A stretch of 64,000 nt of DNA from sequence record KU686213.1. The stretch is one strand, 5' to 3'. Under the pieces are notes generated by a model that ran no database searches, had not been told where the DNA came from, and worked only from the letters and a program-made list of their open reading frames with translations. This document shows, one piece after another, positions 10,145-21,560 of this stretch; the stretch's first letter is position 1, and each line of letters starts with the position of its first letter. The position numbers were made by a program, and so were the translations under genes.

Positions 10145-12229
10145 ATGAGACTCTATTTCGGCAGAATTGCTCCCACTAAACCACAACAACAGCAAGTAGC
10201 TGGTGGTGGATGGGCTTGGAGATATAAAGTTCGTATCTTTGATAAGCATCCCCCTGATAAAAATGTTTTACCTGATGAGAACCTTCCTTGGGCACAAGTT
10301 CTAATGCCCGTAACTGCTGGTTCTGGTGCCGCAAATTATGCCCAGACTCCATCACTAAATCAGGGTGATACTGTTAGTATCGCATATTATGATGAAGATG
10401 AACAGCAACCAATTATTACAGGCGTGCTACCGAGGACAGAATCTGTATCAACATCAGAGCCCGTAGATACTGGTAAAACTGGGTACACTCCATCAACAGG
10501 ATTCACGGAGAATAAGCCACAAAATAGTAAAATACCATCTGATGAGTCTAATGAAAACAATGTAAATAGTCAGCCATCAAATAGACCTGATCAACTAGCA
10601 GCTGCTGTTGGTAGTAGTGCTGCTTTGGCTGATACTTGTGATCCCAATGCATACAAGACAACAGCAGTAGCAACGGAGATTAACAACCTACTAAATGAGA
10701 TTGGTAAGTTTTCCGATCAAGCATCTCGTGTTGAGTCTATGATATCAGGCACAATTGATCGTGTTCATGCACTAGTCAATCCATATGTTGGAGAGATGTT
10801 CTTCAATCTATATGAAGCTCTTGTTCCTGTATTGAATGCTGGATTATCTGCTTTATATAAGAAAGTATATTCTATTGTATTGGCATCAACTGGGAGCCCG
10901 ATCAAAGCCAAACTAGCAGCAGAGGCAGCTCTAATTGCCCTTATACCACCTATTCAGGCACTACAAGAGGCAATTCAGTTACTAGCTAATGCCGTTGTTA
11001 CTGGAATGTTGAGTAAAGTTGAGGATTTGATTAGAGATACTATTGAAAATAACGATCAGTTTACTAGTTGTGCTGGTACACAATTTAACGGTGCTCTAGT
11101 CAATTCAATCATTAACGATATTGATGATGGTATCGGTCCACTTATTGCGGCAGTATCTGCTATTTTGAGTGGTGGATTTGCTACGGCAGACGCAATCAGA
11201 TCAAGCTTGGATATTATTAGAGACTTTGCTGGTGGACTACTCGGTAAAAATCAGGGTGGTAATAAGTGTGGAGGTTTGGTTAAAGAGTATGTTATTGGTG
11301 TTGGACCAAAGAAAGATGTTGGTGATATTTTGAGTAATGTATTAGCCCAAGCAAATATGGCTAATGCCGCAGTTAATAGTGCTATTGGAGTTATTGATTC
11401 TGTTGGGGGTATTGTAGATTCTACGAATAGCCTAACGAGACAGTTTGGAGACTTCCCATTCCTAAGTGAATTCTCCGAAGCTAATAGCCCACTAAAAGAG
11501 TGTTCCACAGAACCACCAAAAACTTGCTATGCCCCAGAAGTTTTTATTTTCGGTGGTAGAGGTGAAGGAGCAAAGGCAACTGCTTATGTTGGTCGCTATG
11601 TTGATAGTGATGATGGAAGGACCGTTACTAATAAGAGGGGTGGTGTTGTTTCTATCAAGGTAGATGATGGTGGGAGTGGGTATGTTTATCCACCATTCGT
11701 TGAGATTAGAGACAACTGCAACCTAGGTATTGGTGGAGTTGCTAGATCAGTTATCAAAAATGGTAAAGTTATCAAGATTTACATAGTTACTCCTGGTGAG
11801 GGATACCCATCTGCCGGTCAGGAGTTGTTTGTTGTTGATGATGTTGAGGTCATCAGTGGTGGATCTGGATATGTTCCTGGTATTGTGCAGGATCAATATG
11901 GTGGTGAATACGAAGTAATCGTTGATGATGGTAGAGTAGTTACAATATTACCAATAAACATTATCCAAGTCCCCGATATTCCAGTTATCAAAATACCACG
12001 GATCAGCCCTGAAATACCACCAGGAGGTATTCTAAATAATGGTAAGATTTATGATGCCTCTGGTGCATTCTTTGCTGATGCTGTTATTGGTAATGGACTA
12101 ACATTCAAGCCAGTTCTAGTTCCATTACCAACGGCAGAACAAATCGCATCGGGTGATGTATCAGATAATATCACCCCAAGACTTCTACAAACGGAAGTTG
12201 TCCAAGTTATTGATTGTGTGGAGGATTGA
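10145..12229 (+). CDS. gp5: Baseplate hub/spike protein, N-terminal OB-fold part
   Basis: RYKVRI..HP...LPWAQVLMPVTAGSG...QQPIITG; GGSGY repeats; no lysozyme motif seen. Confidence 0.8.
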   Translation: MRLYFGRIAPTKPQQQQVAGGGWAWRYKVRIFDKHPPDKNVLPDENLPWAQVLMPVTAGSGAANYAQTPSLNQGDTVSIAYYDEDEQQPIITGVLPRTESVSTSEPVDTGKTGYTPSTGFTENKPQNSKIPSDESNENNVNSQPSNRPDQLAAAVGSSAALADTCDPNAYKTTAVATEINNLLNEIGKFSDQASRVESMISGTIDRVHALVNPYVGEMFFNLYEALVPVLNAGLSALYKKVYSIVLASTGSPIKAKLAAEAALIALIPPIQALQEAIQLLANAVVTGMLSKVEDLIRDTIENNDQFTSCAGTQFNGALVNSIINDIDDGIGPLIAAVSAILSGGFATADAIRSSLDIIRDFAGGLLGKNQGGNKCGGLVKEYVIGVGPKKDVGDILSNVLAQANMANAAVNSAIGVIDSVGGIVDSTNSLTRQFGDFPFLSEFSEANSPLKECSTEPPKTCYAPEVFIFGGRGEGAKATAYVGRYVDSDDGRTVTNKRGGVVSIKVDDGGSGYVYPPFVEIRDNCNLGIGGVARSVIKNGKVIKIYIVTPGEGYPSAGQELFVVDDVEVISGGSGYVPGIVQDQYGGEYEVIVDDGRVVTILPINIIQVPDIPVIKIPRISPEIPPGGILNNGKIYDASGAFFADAVIGNGLTFKPVLVPLPTAEQIASGDVSDNITPRLLQTEVVQVIDCVED

Positions 12230-12231
12230 TC

Positions 12232-12870
12232 ATGGCTGCTAATTGGGAAAAGAGGTCACTACATAGTTTTGGTTCAAACTTTAGGTTGGACATATGTAAT
12301 CCGCAGACTACAACATCAGGTAATCAAATCTATGAGTTGTATGCTGTTACTGATGAAGAAGAGGATGTAAGTCTTATTGGTTTAGGTGAGGATGGTAAAT
12401 TCCACTTATATAATGATAAGACTATTGAGATCGTTGGTGGTCAAAAAGCATCATCAAATGGTATAGATATTCTCATTCAAGGTAAGAATGGTGATGTATG
12501 TATCAATGCCGATAGAAATGGTCGCATCCGTATTCGTGGTAAGGACATTGTATTACAGGCTGATGAGGATGTAGATATTGTTGCTGGTAGAAACATCAAC
12601 TTGAAATCCGGTTCTGGTCGTGTTCTTATTTCAGGGAACACCTTGGAGAAGACTGGATTGAAAGGTAATTTACTTGACCCATCCGCACAATGGGCATTTA
12701 GAGTATTTGAAGGAACAGGTCTCCCAGCAGGTTCATTTGCACAATTAGCGTCACCATTCTCCGGTATTTCTAATTTAGCTGGTGACCTAATCAAAAATCC
12801 CAATTTATTTTCTGGGTTCGTTCAAGGTGCTGTTAGTAACGCTATTGCTTCAGCATCCTCTTTTGTATAG
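12232..12870 (+). CDS. gp5 C-terminal-like beta-helix spike protein
   Basis: Alternating beta repeats (IRIRGKDIVLQADEDVDIVAGRNINLKSG); ATG at 12232 preferred over GTG 12214. Confidence 0.5.
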   Translation: MAANWEKRSLHSFGSNFRLDICNPQTTTSGNQIYELYAVTDEEEDVSLIGLGEDGKFHLYNDKTIEIVGGQKASSNGIDILIQGKNGDVCINADRNGRIRIRGKDIVLQADEDVDIVAGRNINLKSGSGRVLISGNTLEKTGLKGNLLDPSAQWAFRVFEGTGLPAGSFAQLASPFSGISNLAGDLIKNPNLFSGFVQGAVSNAIASASSFV

Positions 12871-12873
12871 TGC

Positions 12874-12880
12874 CTAAATA
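12874..12880 (+). promoter_or_regulatory. Late promoter
   Basis: CTAAATA upstream of first collagen gene. Confidence 0.6.
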
Positions 12881-12910
12881 TAGCAGCACCCGTTTTATTA
12901 TTGTTTAGTA

Positions 12911-15871
12911 ATGTCTATTCAATTTCCAGCAAATCCAACAATTGGTCAAACATTTACAGATCCTGTAACTAATATCACTTACTATTGGAGTGGTAGTTAT
13001 TGGTCTGCTCAAGGTCCCGGAACGGGTATTGGAGCCACAGGCGCTTCAGGTTCCGCAGGGGCTACGGGCGCTGGTGCTACGGGTGCTTCGGGTATTCCTG
13101 GTCCTAGGGGAAAGACTGGATCAACAGGTCCTAAAGGAGATAAGGGAGATAGAGGTTTTATTGGATTGACTGGCGCAACTGGTCCCGATGGATCACCTGG
13201 TGGTGCTACTGGTCCTCAAGGTGAGTTGGGTTCTACTGGTGCTACTGGTACTGTTGGACCTCTAGGTTCTACTGGTGCTACTGGTATTAGGGGTCTTACA
13301 GGTGATCCAGGTGGTGCTACTGGTGCTACTGGTATTGCGGGTCTTACTGGAAATCAGGGTGCTACTGGTATTCAGGGTCCTATTGGTGATCCAGGTGGTG
13401 CTACTGGTGCTACTGGCGTTCAGGGACCACAGGGAGCAACTGGATCTGGTGCTACTGGTGTCCGAGGAGCAACTGGTGAGCAAGGACTAACTGGACCACA
13501 GGGTGATCCTGGTGGTGCTACTGGTGCTACAGGTCCTCAAGGTTTTATTGGCGCTACTGGTATTGGTGCTACTGGAGCCACTGGTATTCAGGGACCACAG
13601 GGAGCTACTGGTGTTCAGGGTCCACAGGGAGATAGTATTACTGGAGCAACTGGTCCTTTCGGTCCTGGCGGACTACCTGGAGCCACTGGATTAACTGGTC
13701 CCACTGGTCCACAGGGTGCTACTGGTGTTGGTGCTAGTGGTGCTACTGGTATTCAGGGTGATCCTGGTGGAGCCACTGGTGCTACTGGTGTTCTTGGTTC
13801 TACTGGAGCAACTGGAATCACTGGAGCTACGGGTGAGTTGGGTGCTACTGGACCACAAGGACAGCCGTCATTGGTTCCTGGACCTGATGGCTCTACGGGT
13901 TCTACTGGTCCTATTGGTCCTGTTGGTGCTACTGGTGTTGGTGCTACTGGTGCTACTGGTATTAATGGTCCTCCTGGTCCAAGAGGGCTTACTGGTCCTA
14001 CAGGTGCTACTGGGGTTGTTGGTCCTTCAGGTGGTATTACAGCTCAATGGGACGCTAATGTATCTGTTCTAAATGCTAACAACGCTGCCCTTATCGCAGA
14101 CTCCACAGGTTCTAATCTAAAAATATTTAAAGTATCAAAATTTGATCAAGGTTTTGGTGATCAAACAGCATTCTTAAGTGGATTGGTGCGGGGAAATACA
14201 ATCACACTAGCTTCTGGTACTGGATCTTATATCTTTGAGGTCAAGGCTAATAGTGGTCTAGTCAATTCTGCTGGCGTTGAATGCTTCACCATCTTGGTTG
14301 AATCAACAGGTGGTAGTGGAGTACTTGATGCAGGTGCAATCACACTAACCAAGACAGTAACCAGCGCAACCTTCGCATTCTCTACAGCATCAATTGCATA
14401 TCCTAGTGCTGATGGTGATTTAACAATTGACTATAACTTTGAGTTCAACGGATATCCAAAGTATGTCGCATTCTCCCCAACAGATGTTTTAGGTGAAGAT
14501 GTATCACAATTCTTCTTTGATCCTTTAGCCAATAGCCCAAACTTCACAGAGTTCTACTTCCAAGCACAAATCAGTGGTTCTATTAACGACTTCAGGTTTA
14601 ATGTGAGGGGTGGTAATTACTATGCAGATATTAACTCTTGGTTATATGTTGGTGAAGTAGAGACTTTATATGAAGTTCCTGTAGGTAGTGCTGATAATAT
14701 CTCTGCTATTTGGAATGTTCAGGTTGCTGCTGTAGCTACGGGTGCTACTGGTCTTCCTGGTAATCCAGGTGGAGCCACTGGTGCTACTGGCGCTCAAGGT
14801 GTTGCAGGTTCTCCTGGTGGAGCCACTGGTGCTACTGGTGTTCAAGGTATTGCTGGTTTAGATGGAGCAACAGGTCCACAAGGTGCTGCTGGTCTTCCTG
14901 GTATTCAAGGTGATCCAGGTGGTGCTACTGGTGCTACTGGATTTACTGGTGCTATTGGAGCTACTGGTATTGATGGGATAGTTGGAACAACTGGAGCCAC
15001 TGGTCCTCAAGGCGATCCTGGTGGTGCTACTGGTGCTACTGGTCTTCAAGGTTCAACTGGTTTAGGTGCTACTGGCGCTACAGGTCCTCAAGGTGATCCT
15101 GGTGGTGCTACTGGTCCTCAAGGTCTACAAGGAAATCCTGGTACAAATGGTATTCCTGGTGATCCTGGTACAAATGGATTGAACGGGTCTACAGGTGCTA
15201 CAGGTCCACAAGGTACATTTGGATTAACGGGTGCTACTGGATTAACTGGTCCCACGGGTCTTGGTGAGCTTGGTGGTACAGGTGCTACTGGTGCTACAGG
15301 TCTTCCTGGTGCTGGCGGTACTCCTGGTTCTGATGGTGAGATTGGAGCTACTGGTCTTCAAGGTACACAAGGTGTGGATGGTGTACAAGGTACTGAAGGA
15401 TTGGTTGGGGCTACTGGTCCTATTGGTCCACAAGGTCCAGCAAGTGGTGCTACAGGTGCTACTGGCTCTATTGGTCCACGGGGTTCTACGGGTGATCAAG
15501 GCGAGCCTGGTCCTCCTGGTCCTTTCGGTGGTCCTGCTGGTCCTCCTGGTCCTCCTGGTCCTGGTGGCGGTCCTACTGGTGCTGATGGCGCTACGGGTGC
15601 TACAGGCTTAACTGGTCCTTCAGGTGAGAAAGGAGATGCTGGTTCAATTGGTGCTCCTGGCTCTACTGGTGTTGAGGGACCCAAAGGTGATGGTGGAGCT
15701 ACTGGTCCACAAGGTATTCAAGGTATTCAGGGAAACAATGGTGGATTGGGAGCTACTGGTGCTACTGGACCCGATGTGAGGGCAGTTGGTATCAACGCAA
15801 TCTTTACTACCGCAGATGGAAAGACTATAACTGTTACTGATGGAATTATTACTAATGTAGTTGACGCCTAA
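12911..15871 (+). CDS. Collagen-like fibre protein 1
   Basis: Two long interrupted Gly-X-Y blocks ([12 protein letters not shown]) around a globular domain; N-terminal FPxNPxxGQ...W motif. Confidence 0.85.
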   Translation: MSIQFPANPTIGQTFTDPVTNITYYWSGSYWSAQGPGTGIGATGASGSAGATGAGATGASGIPGPRGKTGSTGPKGDKGDRGFIGLTGATGPDGSPGGATGPQGELGSTGATGTVGPLGSTGATGIRGLTGDPGGATGATGIAGLTGNQGATGIQGPIGDPGGATGATGVQGPQGATGSGATGVRGATGEQGLTGPQGDPGGATGATGPQGFIGATGIGATGATGIQGPQGATGVQGPQGDSITGATGPFGPGGLPGATGLTGPTGPQGATGVGASGATGIQGDPGGATGATGVLGSTGATGITGATGELGATGPQGQPSLVPGPDGSTGSTGPIGPVGATGVGATGATGINGPPGPRGLTGPTGATGVVGPSGGITAQWDANVSVLNANNAALIADSTGSNLKIFKVSKFDQGFGDQTAFLSGLVRGNTITLASGTGSYIFEVKANSGLVNSAGVECFTILVESTGGSGVLDAGAITLTKTVTSATFAFSTASIAYPSADGDLTIDYNFEFNGYPKYVAFSPTDVLGEDVSQFFFDPLANSPNFTEFYFQAQISGSINDFRFNVRGGNYYADINSWLYVGEVETLYEVPVGSADNISAIWNVQVAAVATGATGLPGNPGGATGATGAQGVAGSPGGATGATGVQGIAGLDGATGPQGAAGLPGIQGDPGGATGATGFTGAIGATGIDGIVGTTGATGPQGDPGGATGATGLQGSTGLGATGATGPQGDPGGATGPQGLQGNPGTNGIPGDPGTNGLNGSTGATGPQGTFGLTGATGLTGPTGLGELGGTGATGATGLPGAGGTPGSDGEIGATGLQGTQGVDGVQGTEGLVGATGPIGPQGPASGATGATGSIGPRGSTGDQGEPGPPGPFGGPAGPPGPPGPGGGPTGADGATGATGLTGPSGEKGDAGSIGAPGSTGVEGPKGDGGATGPQGIQGIQGNNGGLGATGATGPDVRAVGINAIFTTADGKTITVTDGIITNVVDA

Positions 15872-15886
15872 TTTACCTTTTTTATT

Positions 15887-18715
15887 ATGACTTACGAGAA
15901 CAAAAAAATCCCAGCTAACGGTTCTTTACTAGTTACCAGTAATGGTGCCGTCTCATATGCAGGCGCACCAACTGGAGACAAGAACCAAATTGTTACCTTT
16001 GATAAATTAAGGGCTGAACTACAAGCAACTAACTTGGGAGAACTTTTGTCTCTGGCTGGTATTTCAAGTGGTGGTGGTACTGGTGTAGCTTTGACTGTGA
16101 GAGAATCACAAGGGCTCGGCGGTACTGTTGGTAATAGTCTTGCTAATATCAATACTCTTACCTTTGACCAAAATACTGGTTTTAATGTAGAAGAGACTGG
16201 TGAAGATGGTGAGGCATTCATTAGGTTGGGTTCAGCATTCGCACCTTGGTTTGTAGCTGATTCCGAGACATTGAGACCAGAAGGTGAGGAATCAATTGCA
16301 TTCCTAACTGGTCCAGGTATTGCTATTACCACAAAAACTACGCGGACAGGTATTGGTACAACATTATCAAAAGCCATTATCTTTACTGGTACTTCTGCAT
16401 TTGCCCCTTGGCTTGTAGATGGGCAAGATACACTAACTCCAGATGGTCAAGAGCCCATTAAGTTTGTTGGTATAGGTATTACTATCCTCACTGGTGCTAC
16501 GGGTATTGGTAGCACTGAAGCCGAAGCTATTGGTATTGGTAGCACTGATGTAGTCAAAACTATTACATTCATTGGAGAAAAGGGTGCCCCTGGTGAGGGG
16601 GGCGGATCTACTGGTGCTACTGGTGTATTTGGATCTACTGGAGCAACTGGTCCTACGGGAGCTACTGGAAGTGATGGTGCTACTGGACCTATTGGTTCAA
16701 CAGGTGCTACAGGAATACCTGGGGCTGATGGTTCTACGGGTGTGGAGGGTCCCATTGGCGCTACTGGAGCCACGGGTCCTCAAGGTTCCACAGGAGCCAC
16801 TGGACCAATTGGGGCTACTGGATTTAGAGGATTTATTGGGTCTACAGGTGCTACTGGACTACAAGGAACGACTGGACCTATTGGCTCCACTGGTGCTACT
16901 GGCGTATTTGGATCTACTGGGGCAACTGGTCCTGTAGGAGCCACGGGGATAAGTGTAACTGGCTCAACTGGTGCTACTGGACCCCAAGGTTCTACGGGTA
17001 TATTTGGTTCTACTGGTGCTACTGGTGTATTTGGTTCTACTGGGGCAACTGGTCCTTCTGGTCCAACGGGTGCTACTGGTGTATTTGGTGCTACTGGTTC
17101 TACTGGTGTAGCAGGTGCTACGGGTTCTCTTGGCGCTACTGGAGCAACAGGAGTTCTTGGTTCCACTGGCGCTACTGGTATAGATGGATCAACAGGTGCT
17201 ACTGGCTCTCTCGGTGCTACTGGAGCAACAGGTGTTCTTGGATCCACTGGGGCAACAGGTCCTCAAGGTGCTACTGGTTCTCTTGGTGCGACTGGTGCAA
17301 CGGGTGTTCTTGGATCTACAGGAGCTACTGGTTCTCAAGGTGCTACTGGTTCTCTTGGCGCTACTGGACCCATAGGTTCTACAGGAGCTACTGGAATTGG
17401 AGCTACAGGATCCACAGGAGTTCCTGGTGCTACAGGTTCCACAGGACCCATAGGTTCCACAGGAGCTACTGGTATAGGTGCTACGGGAGCCACGGGAGTT
17501 CCTGGTGCTACAGGTGCTACTGGTCTTCTAGGTTCCACAGGAGCTACTGGTATCGGAGCCACTGGTCCTACAGGAGCTACTGGTCCTACTGGTTCTACTG
17601 GTTCTACGGGTGCTGGTACGACAGGCGCTACTGGTGTTGCGGGTGCTACTGGGGCTACTGGAGCTACTGGAATGTTGGGTTCCACAGGAGCCACTGGTAT
17701 TGGAGCTACTGGACCCATTGGATCTACTGGTGCTACTGGTCCTCTTGGAACAACTGGTGCTACAGGTGTAGGTTCTACTGGTGCTACTGGACTTGCGGGA
17801 TCCACTGGAATTGATGGTGCTACTGGTCCTCTTGGGTCCACTGGTGCTACTGGTCCTGTTGGTGCTACTGGTATTCCTGGTCCTCCTGGTCCTGGTGGTG
17901 GAGATCCTGGTCCCCCAGGTCCTGGTGGCGGTGCTACTGGTGCTACAGGTCCCGCAGGAGCTACGGGTATTCAGGGGGCTACTGGTTTAGGTGCTACTGG
18001 TGCTACTGGCGTATTTGATAATACTAGTGATATCAATACTAGTGGGAACATTACTGCTGCTACTATCACTGCTACTGTTAAGTTTGATGGTGATCTAGAA
18101 GGTAATGCTGATACTGCTACGGTATCAACTAACTCTAATATTATTACCGCTACTGGCTCTAACGAGCATAGGGTGATTATCGTTGATGGTGATACAGGAG
18201 ATCTTGGATTGGAGAGTGATAGTAATCTCACATTCAATCCAAATACAAATACTCTCACCGCTGGTAGTTTCGTTGGCGGTGGTGTTATTTCTGGCTTCGT
18301 ACAGAACAGCACTACTACAAGAGTTCAAACTAGTAGTACTAACTGGGCAAGTACTACATTATCTGCCACCATCAATAAAAAAACTGTAGATAGTTCTATT
18401 CTTATTATGGTGAATCAGAATTACTTGATCAGTAACGTTATTGGTAGTTTTAGGATTATGAGGGGGACAACTCCAATTTTCGCTGTTGATGGTGATATTG
18501 GTTTAATTAACAATACAACTGGAAATCCAATTGTTTCAACAACAGCAGTTGCTTCTAGGTGGGCAGCTACCTTTATCGACACAACTCTAACTTCTGGTAA
18601 TATCACATACTCAACAGAGTTTAGAAAGAGTTCTGGCGGTAGTGGAGCAACAGAATACCTTGTTGTTCAAAGTGCGAATATTGAGAGTTTGATTCAGGTG
18701 ATTGAAATCTCATAG
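15887..18715 (+). CDS. Collagen-like fibre protein 2
   Basis: Long (GATGxx)/(GSTGAT) block and a beta-rich C-terminal domain. Confidence 0.85.
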   Translation: MTYENKKIPANGSLLVTSNGAVSYAGAPTGDKNQIVTFDKLRAELQATNLGELLSLAGISSGGGTGVALTVRESQGLGGTVGNSLANINTLTFDQNTGFNVEETGEDGEAFIRLGSAFAPWFVADSETLRPEGEESIAFLTGPGIAITTKTTRTGIGTTLSKAIIFTGTSAFAPWLVDGQDTLTPDGQEPIKFVGIGITILTGATGIGSTEAEAIGIGSTDVVKTITFIGEKGAPGEGGGSTGATGVFGSTGATGPTGATGSDGATGPIGSTGATGIPGADGSTGVEGPIGATGATGPQGSTGATGPIGATGFRGFIGSTGATGLQGTTGPIGSTGATGVFGSTGATGPVGATGISVTGSTGATGPQGSTGIFGSTGATGVFGSTGATGPSGPTGATGVFGATGSTGVAGATGSLGATGATGVLGSTGATGIDGSTGATGSLGATGATGVLGSTGATGPQGATGSLGATGATGVLGSTGATGSQGATGSLGATGPIGSTGATGIGATGSTGVPGATGSTGPIGSTGATGIGATGATGVPGATGATGLLGSTGATGIGATGPTGATGPTGSTGSTGAGTTGATGVAGATGATGATGMLGSTGATGIGATGPIGSTGATGPLGTTGATGVGSTGATGLAGSTGIDGATGPLGSTGATGPVGATGIPGPPGPGGGDPGPPGPGGGATGATGPAGATGIQGATGLGATGATGVFDNTSDINTSGNITAATITATVKFDGDLEGNADTATVSTNSNIITATGSNEHRVIIVDGDTGDLGLESDSNLTFNPNTNTLTAGSFVGGGVISGFVQNSTTTRVQTSSTNWASTTLSATINKKTVDSSILIMVNQNYLISNVIGSFRIMRGTTPIFAVDGDIGLINNTTGNPIVSTTAVASRWAATFIDTTLTSGNITYSTEFRKSSGGSGATEYLVVQSANIESLIQVIEIS

Positions 18716-18754
18716 GAATATGGTATAATAGATACTATAATATAGTTGTTTATT

Positions 18755-19828
18755 ATGCGATTTCATATTCTGGGTTTGCCCCACACAGTATCCAGTAAAG
18801 AATATGTTGCCTGTGCTTATACCCAAAAGGTAGTAAAGTTCGGCAAAATGATGAAGGAACGTGGTCACGAGATAATTCACTATGGTCACGAAGATAGTGA
18901 TCTAGTATGCGATGAGCACGTCACTGTGACCACTAATGCCGACTTGGAGAAGGCATATGGTTCATATGATTGGAGAAAGAACTTCTTCAAGTTCAATACA
19001 GGCGATCACGCATATCAAACATTTTATAAAAACGGGATTGAAGAAGTTGGAAAACGTAAGCAGAAGAATGACTTTATTCTCCCTTTTTGGGGATCAGGTA
19101 CTCGCCCTATTTGTGATGCTCATCCTGACCTTATCACAGTAGAGCCTGGTATTGGCTACGCAGGAGGTCATTGGGCTAACTGGAAGATCTTTGAGAGCTA
19201 CGCTATTATGCACGCTTATCAAGGTCTTGAATCTGTTGGTACTTGTAAGCAGAGCTGGTATGACGTTGTTATCCCAAACTATTTCGATTTAGAGGACTTT
19301 GAGTATGCGCCAGAGAATAAAGAGGATTATTTTCTATTTTTGGGTCGTGTATATGCTGGTAAAGGTATTGATATTGCCGTCCAAGTAACCGAGAAGATCG
19401 GAGCGAAGCTAGTAGTAGCTGGACAGAACCCAGAGAACAGAACATTCCCCCCACACGTTGAGTTTGTTGGTTATGCCGACGTAGAGACCCGTAAGCGCCT
19501 TATGAGCCGCGCCAAGGCATCCTTTGTAGCTTCCACATACTTGGAGCCATTTGGTGGCGTACAGGTGGAGAACTTGCTCTCAGGCACCCCTACGATCACT
19601 ACTGATTGGGGAGCATTCGTTGAGAACAACCCACACGGACTAACGGGATTCCGTTGCCGCACTTTTGCTGACTTTGTAGATGCCGCTAAAAACATTGATA
19701 GCATTGCTCCTAGCGTATGTCGTACTTATGGCGAGCAGTTCGCCTTAGAGAATGTAGCACCACGATATGAGAAGTTTTTCCAAGATGTTCTCAATGTATA
19801 TACTGGTGAAGGCTGGTATCAACTATGA
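18755..19828 (+). CDS. GT-B (GT4-like) glycosyltransferase
   Basis: FLFLGRV...[33 protein letters not shown] (EX7E); ATG 18755 preferred over TTG 18746. Confidence 0.9.
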   Translation: MRFHILGLPHTVSSKEYVACAYTQKVVKFGKMMKERGHEIIHYGHEDSDLVCDEHVTVTTNADLEKAYGSYDWRKNFFKFNTGDHAYQTFYKNGIEEVGKRKQKNDFILPFWGSGTRPICDAHPDLITVEPGIGYAGGHWANWKIFESYAIMHAYQGLESVGTCKQSWYDVVIPNYFDLEDFEYAPENKEDYFLFLGRVYAGKGIDIAVQVTEKIGAKLVVAGQNPENRTFPPHVEFVGYADVETRKRLMSRAKASFVASTYLEPFGGVQVENLLSGTPTITTDWGAFVENNPHGLTGFRCRTFADFVDAAKNIDSIAPSVCRTYGEQFALENVAPRYEKFFQDVLNVYTGEGWYQL

Positions 19829-20727
19829 AGAGAATAGCATTCTTTACATATAATGAATGGGCTTTCGGGTCCATTCATAAAGCATTGATAAAGGAGCTAT
19901 ACAAAACTGGTATTGACTCTAATATCATTGACTGGAATGTCTCTTATAGTAGAGAAGAGTTCAATGCTTTTATGGATACATATGATGTATTTGTTACAGT
20001 ACCAGGAAACGCAGTAACTGCTCTGCTATCCTATGGTGTTCCTTATAATAATATCATTGCTATTGCCCACGGTAGGTATGATATACAATTTGGTTTAGCG
20101 GAATGTAATGACTTTAATGCCTTCCGTGCTTATGGTGGGGTTAGTTTAGATTTAGCTGATTTTTCACATAAGAATGGAATAACCAAGGACTTCTATGTTG
20201 TCCGTAATGGTATTAACTTTGATGAGTTCTATCGTCCAGTAGCAGAACAACTAAATGTTATTGGTTATTCGGGTGTTATTGAAAAGGAGAATCCACACTC
20301 CAATATAAAAGATTGGAAGCGTGGTTATCTAGTCAAAGAAATAGCATCCAAAACAGATACCAAGTTACTTCTACCATCACAGAGGAGTCATCTAGCTATG
20401 GCTGCCTACTATAAGAATGTTGATTGTCTTATGGTATCATCCACAGAACAAGAATCTTGTGGTCTTCCACTATTAGAAGCTGCCGCAGCAGGTAGGCTAC
20501 CCATATCAACTCTCACTGGTATCAATAGAGACTTTGAAGTTCCTACTGGCGTTATACTACCGATGGAAGAAGACCGTTATTTGTTTGCTGGTACAAATGC
20601 TATCAATACACTCAAAGAAAACCCCAAGTTCTTTAAGCAGCTATGTACAAATGCCCAAGATTTTGCTAGAATACATTACGATTGGTCAGTTGTTATAGAC
20701 GGCTGGATTACTCTACTCACACAATAA
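19825..20727 (+). CDS. GT-B glycosyltransferase
   Basis: [25 protein letters not shown] (EX7E-type); start overlaps previous stop. Confidence 0.85.
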   Translation: MKRIAFFTYNEWAFGSIHKALIKELYKTGIDSNIIDWNVSYSREEFNAFMDTYDVFVTVPGNAVTALLSYGVPYNNIIAIAHGRYDIQFGLAECNDFNAFRAYGGVSLDLADFSHKNGITKDFYVVRNGINFDEFYRPVAEQLNVIGYSGVIEKENPHSNIKDWKRGYLVKEIASKTDTKLLLPSQRSHLAMAAYYKNVDCLMVSSTEQESCGLPLLEAAAAGRLPISTLTGINRDFEVPTGVILPMEEDRYLFAGTNAINTLKENPKFFKQLCTNAQDFARIHYDWSVVIDGWITLLTQ

Positions 20728-20731
20728 TATT

Positions 20732-21328
20732 ATGCTTACCGATTTAATACAAGTTGTAGATTGCCTTACACCAGAACAAACTCAAAGGTGTTTGGAATTG
20801 CTGGAAAATTATGAATGGACTCCAACTACCGTATTTGGTATGAGTGGTTGTGAAGTAAATCCTAATATCCGTCTCAATGATAGAGTTTGTTTGAGTGATG
20901 TAGACGAGTGTGCTAAAATTATGCACGAGGGAATGAATGCATCTCTTCTTACATACAAAGATATTGTGGGTGGTATTAATCAGGAGTTCCAAAAGTATCC
21001 TGTCCCAGGCACATATAGAACAAATTGTTATAGGGAATCCATTCAAGTCCTCCGATATACAGAAGGTCAATACTATAAATGGCACTCTGACGAAGCCACT
21101 GATAGGACTATAAGCGAAGCTAATAGAACTATTTCTATGGTTCTATACCTAACAGATGACTTTGAGGGTGGTAGAACCCACTTTATCCACCGCCACTATA
21201 AGCCAAAAGCTGGTCAGGTATTAGTATTCCCATCTAACTGGTGCTTCCCACACGAGTGTGAGGTAATCACCAAAGGAACTAAAATCGCAGCAGTTACTTG
21301 GTATCATTCACATTACAATTTTGACTAA
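20732..21328 (+). CDS. 2OG-Fe(II) oxygenase, prolyl 4-hydroxylase-like
   Basis: YYKWHSD, RTISMVLYL..DFEGGRTHF, PHE, GTKIAAVTW. Confidence 0.88.
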   Translation: MLTDLIQVVDCLTPEQTQRCLELLENYEWTPTTVFGMSGCEVNPNIRLNDRVCLSDVDECAKIMHEGMNASLLTYKDIVGGINQEFQKYPVPGTYRTNCYRESIQVLRYTEGQYYKWHSDEATDRTISEANRTISMVLYLTDDFEGGRTHFIHRHYKPKAGQVLVFPSNWCFPHECEVITKGTKIAAVTWYHSHYNFD

Positions 21329-21519
21329 TGAGTAAAACTACACCCCAGACCGTCCACGAAGCACATCTAGCATCATTCAGTGGACGCTTAAATATGATTG
21401 CTGCCGCAGCACATTGTGGCTTAACATTACGAGAGTTTAAGATGACTTTCCGAGAGTTTTTGAAGTATAATCCACCTTCATATAGCCCAGAAACCACTCT
21501 ACAACTTGATCTATTTTAG
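21328..21519 (+). CDS. Small protein with HTH-like segment ending QLDLF
   Basis: 63 aa, translationally coupled to the oxygenase. Confidence 0.7.
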   Translation: MSKTTPQTVHEAHLASFSGRLNMIAAAAHCGLTLREFKMTFREFLKYNPPSYSPETTLQLDLF

Positions 21520-21523
21520 CCTG

Positions 21524-21530
21524 CTAAATA
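21524..21530 (+). promoter_or_regulatory. Late promoter
   Basis: CTAAATA upstream of the 1958-aa gene. Confidence 0.6.
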
Positions 21531-21560
21531 TAGTAACAGTTTTATTATGGGTACGGAAAA

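Noticed and set aside
13262-18006. Many alternative-frame and antisense ORFs (MLLVL..., MAPVAP..., MTSSTS...)
   Set aside because: Shadows of the GGT-GCT-ACT collagen codon repeats, which lack stops in other frames.
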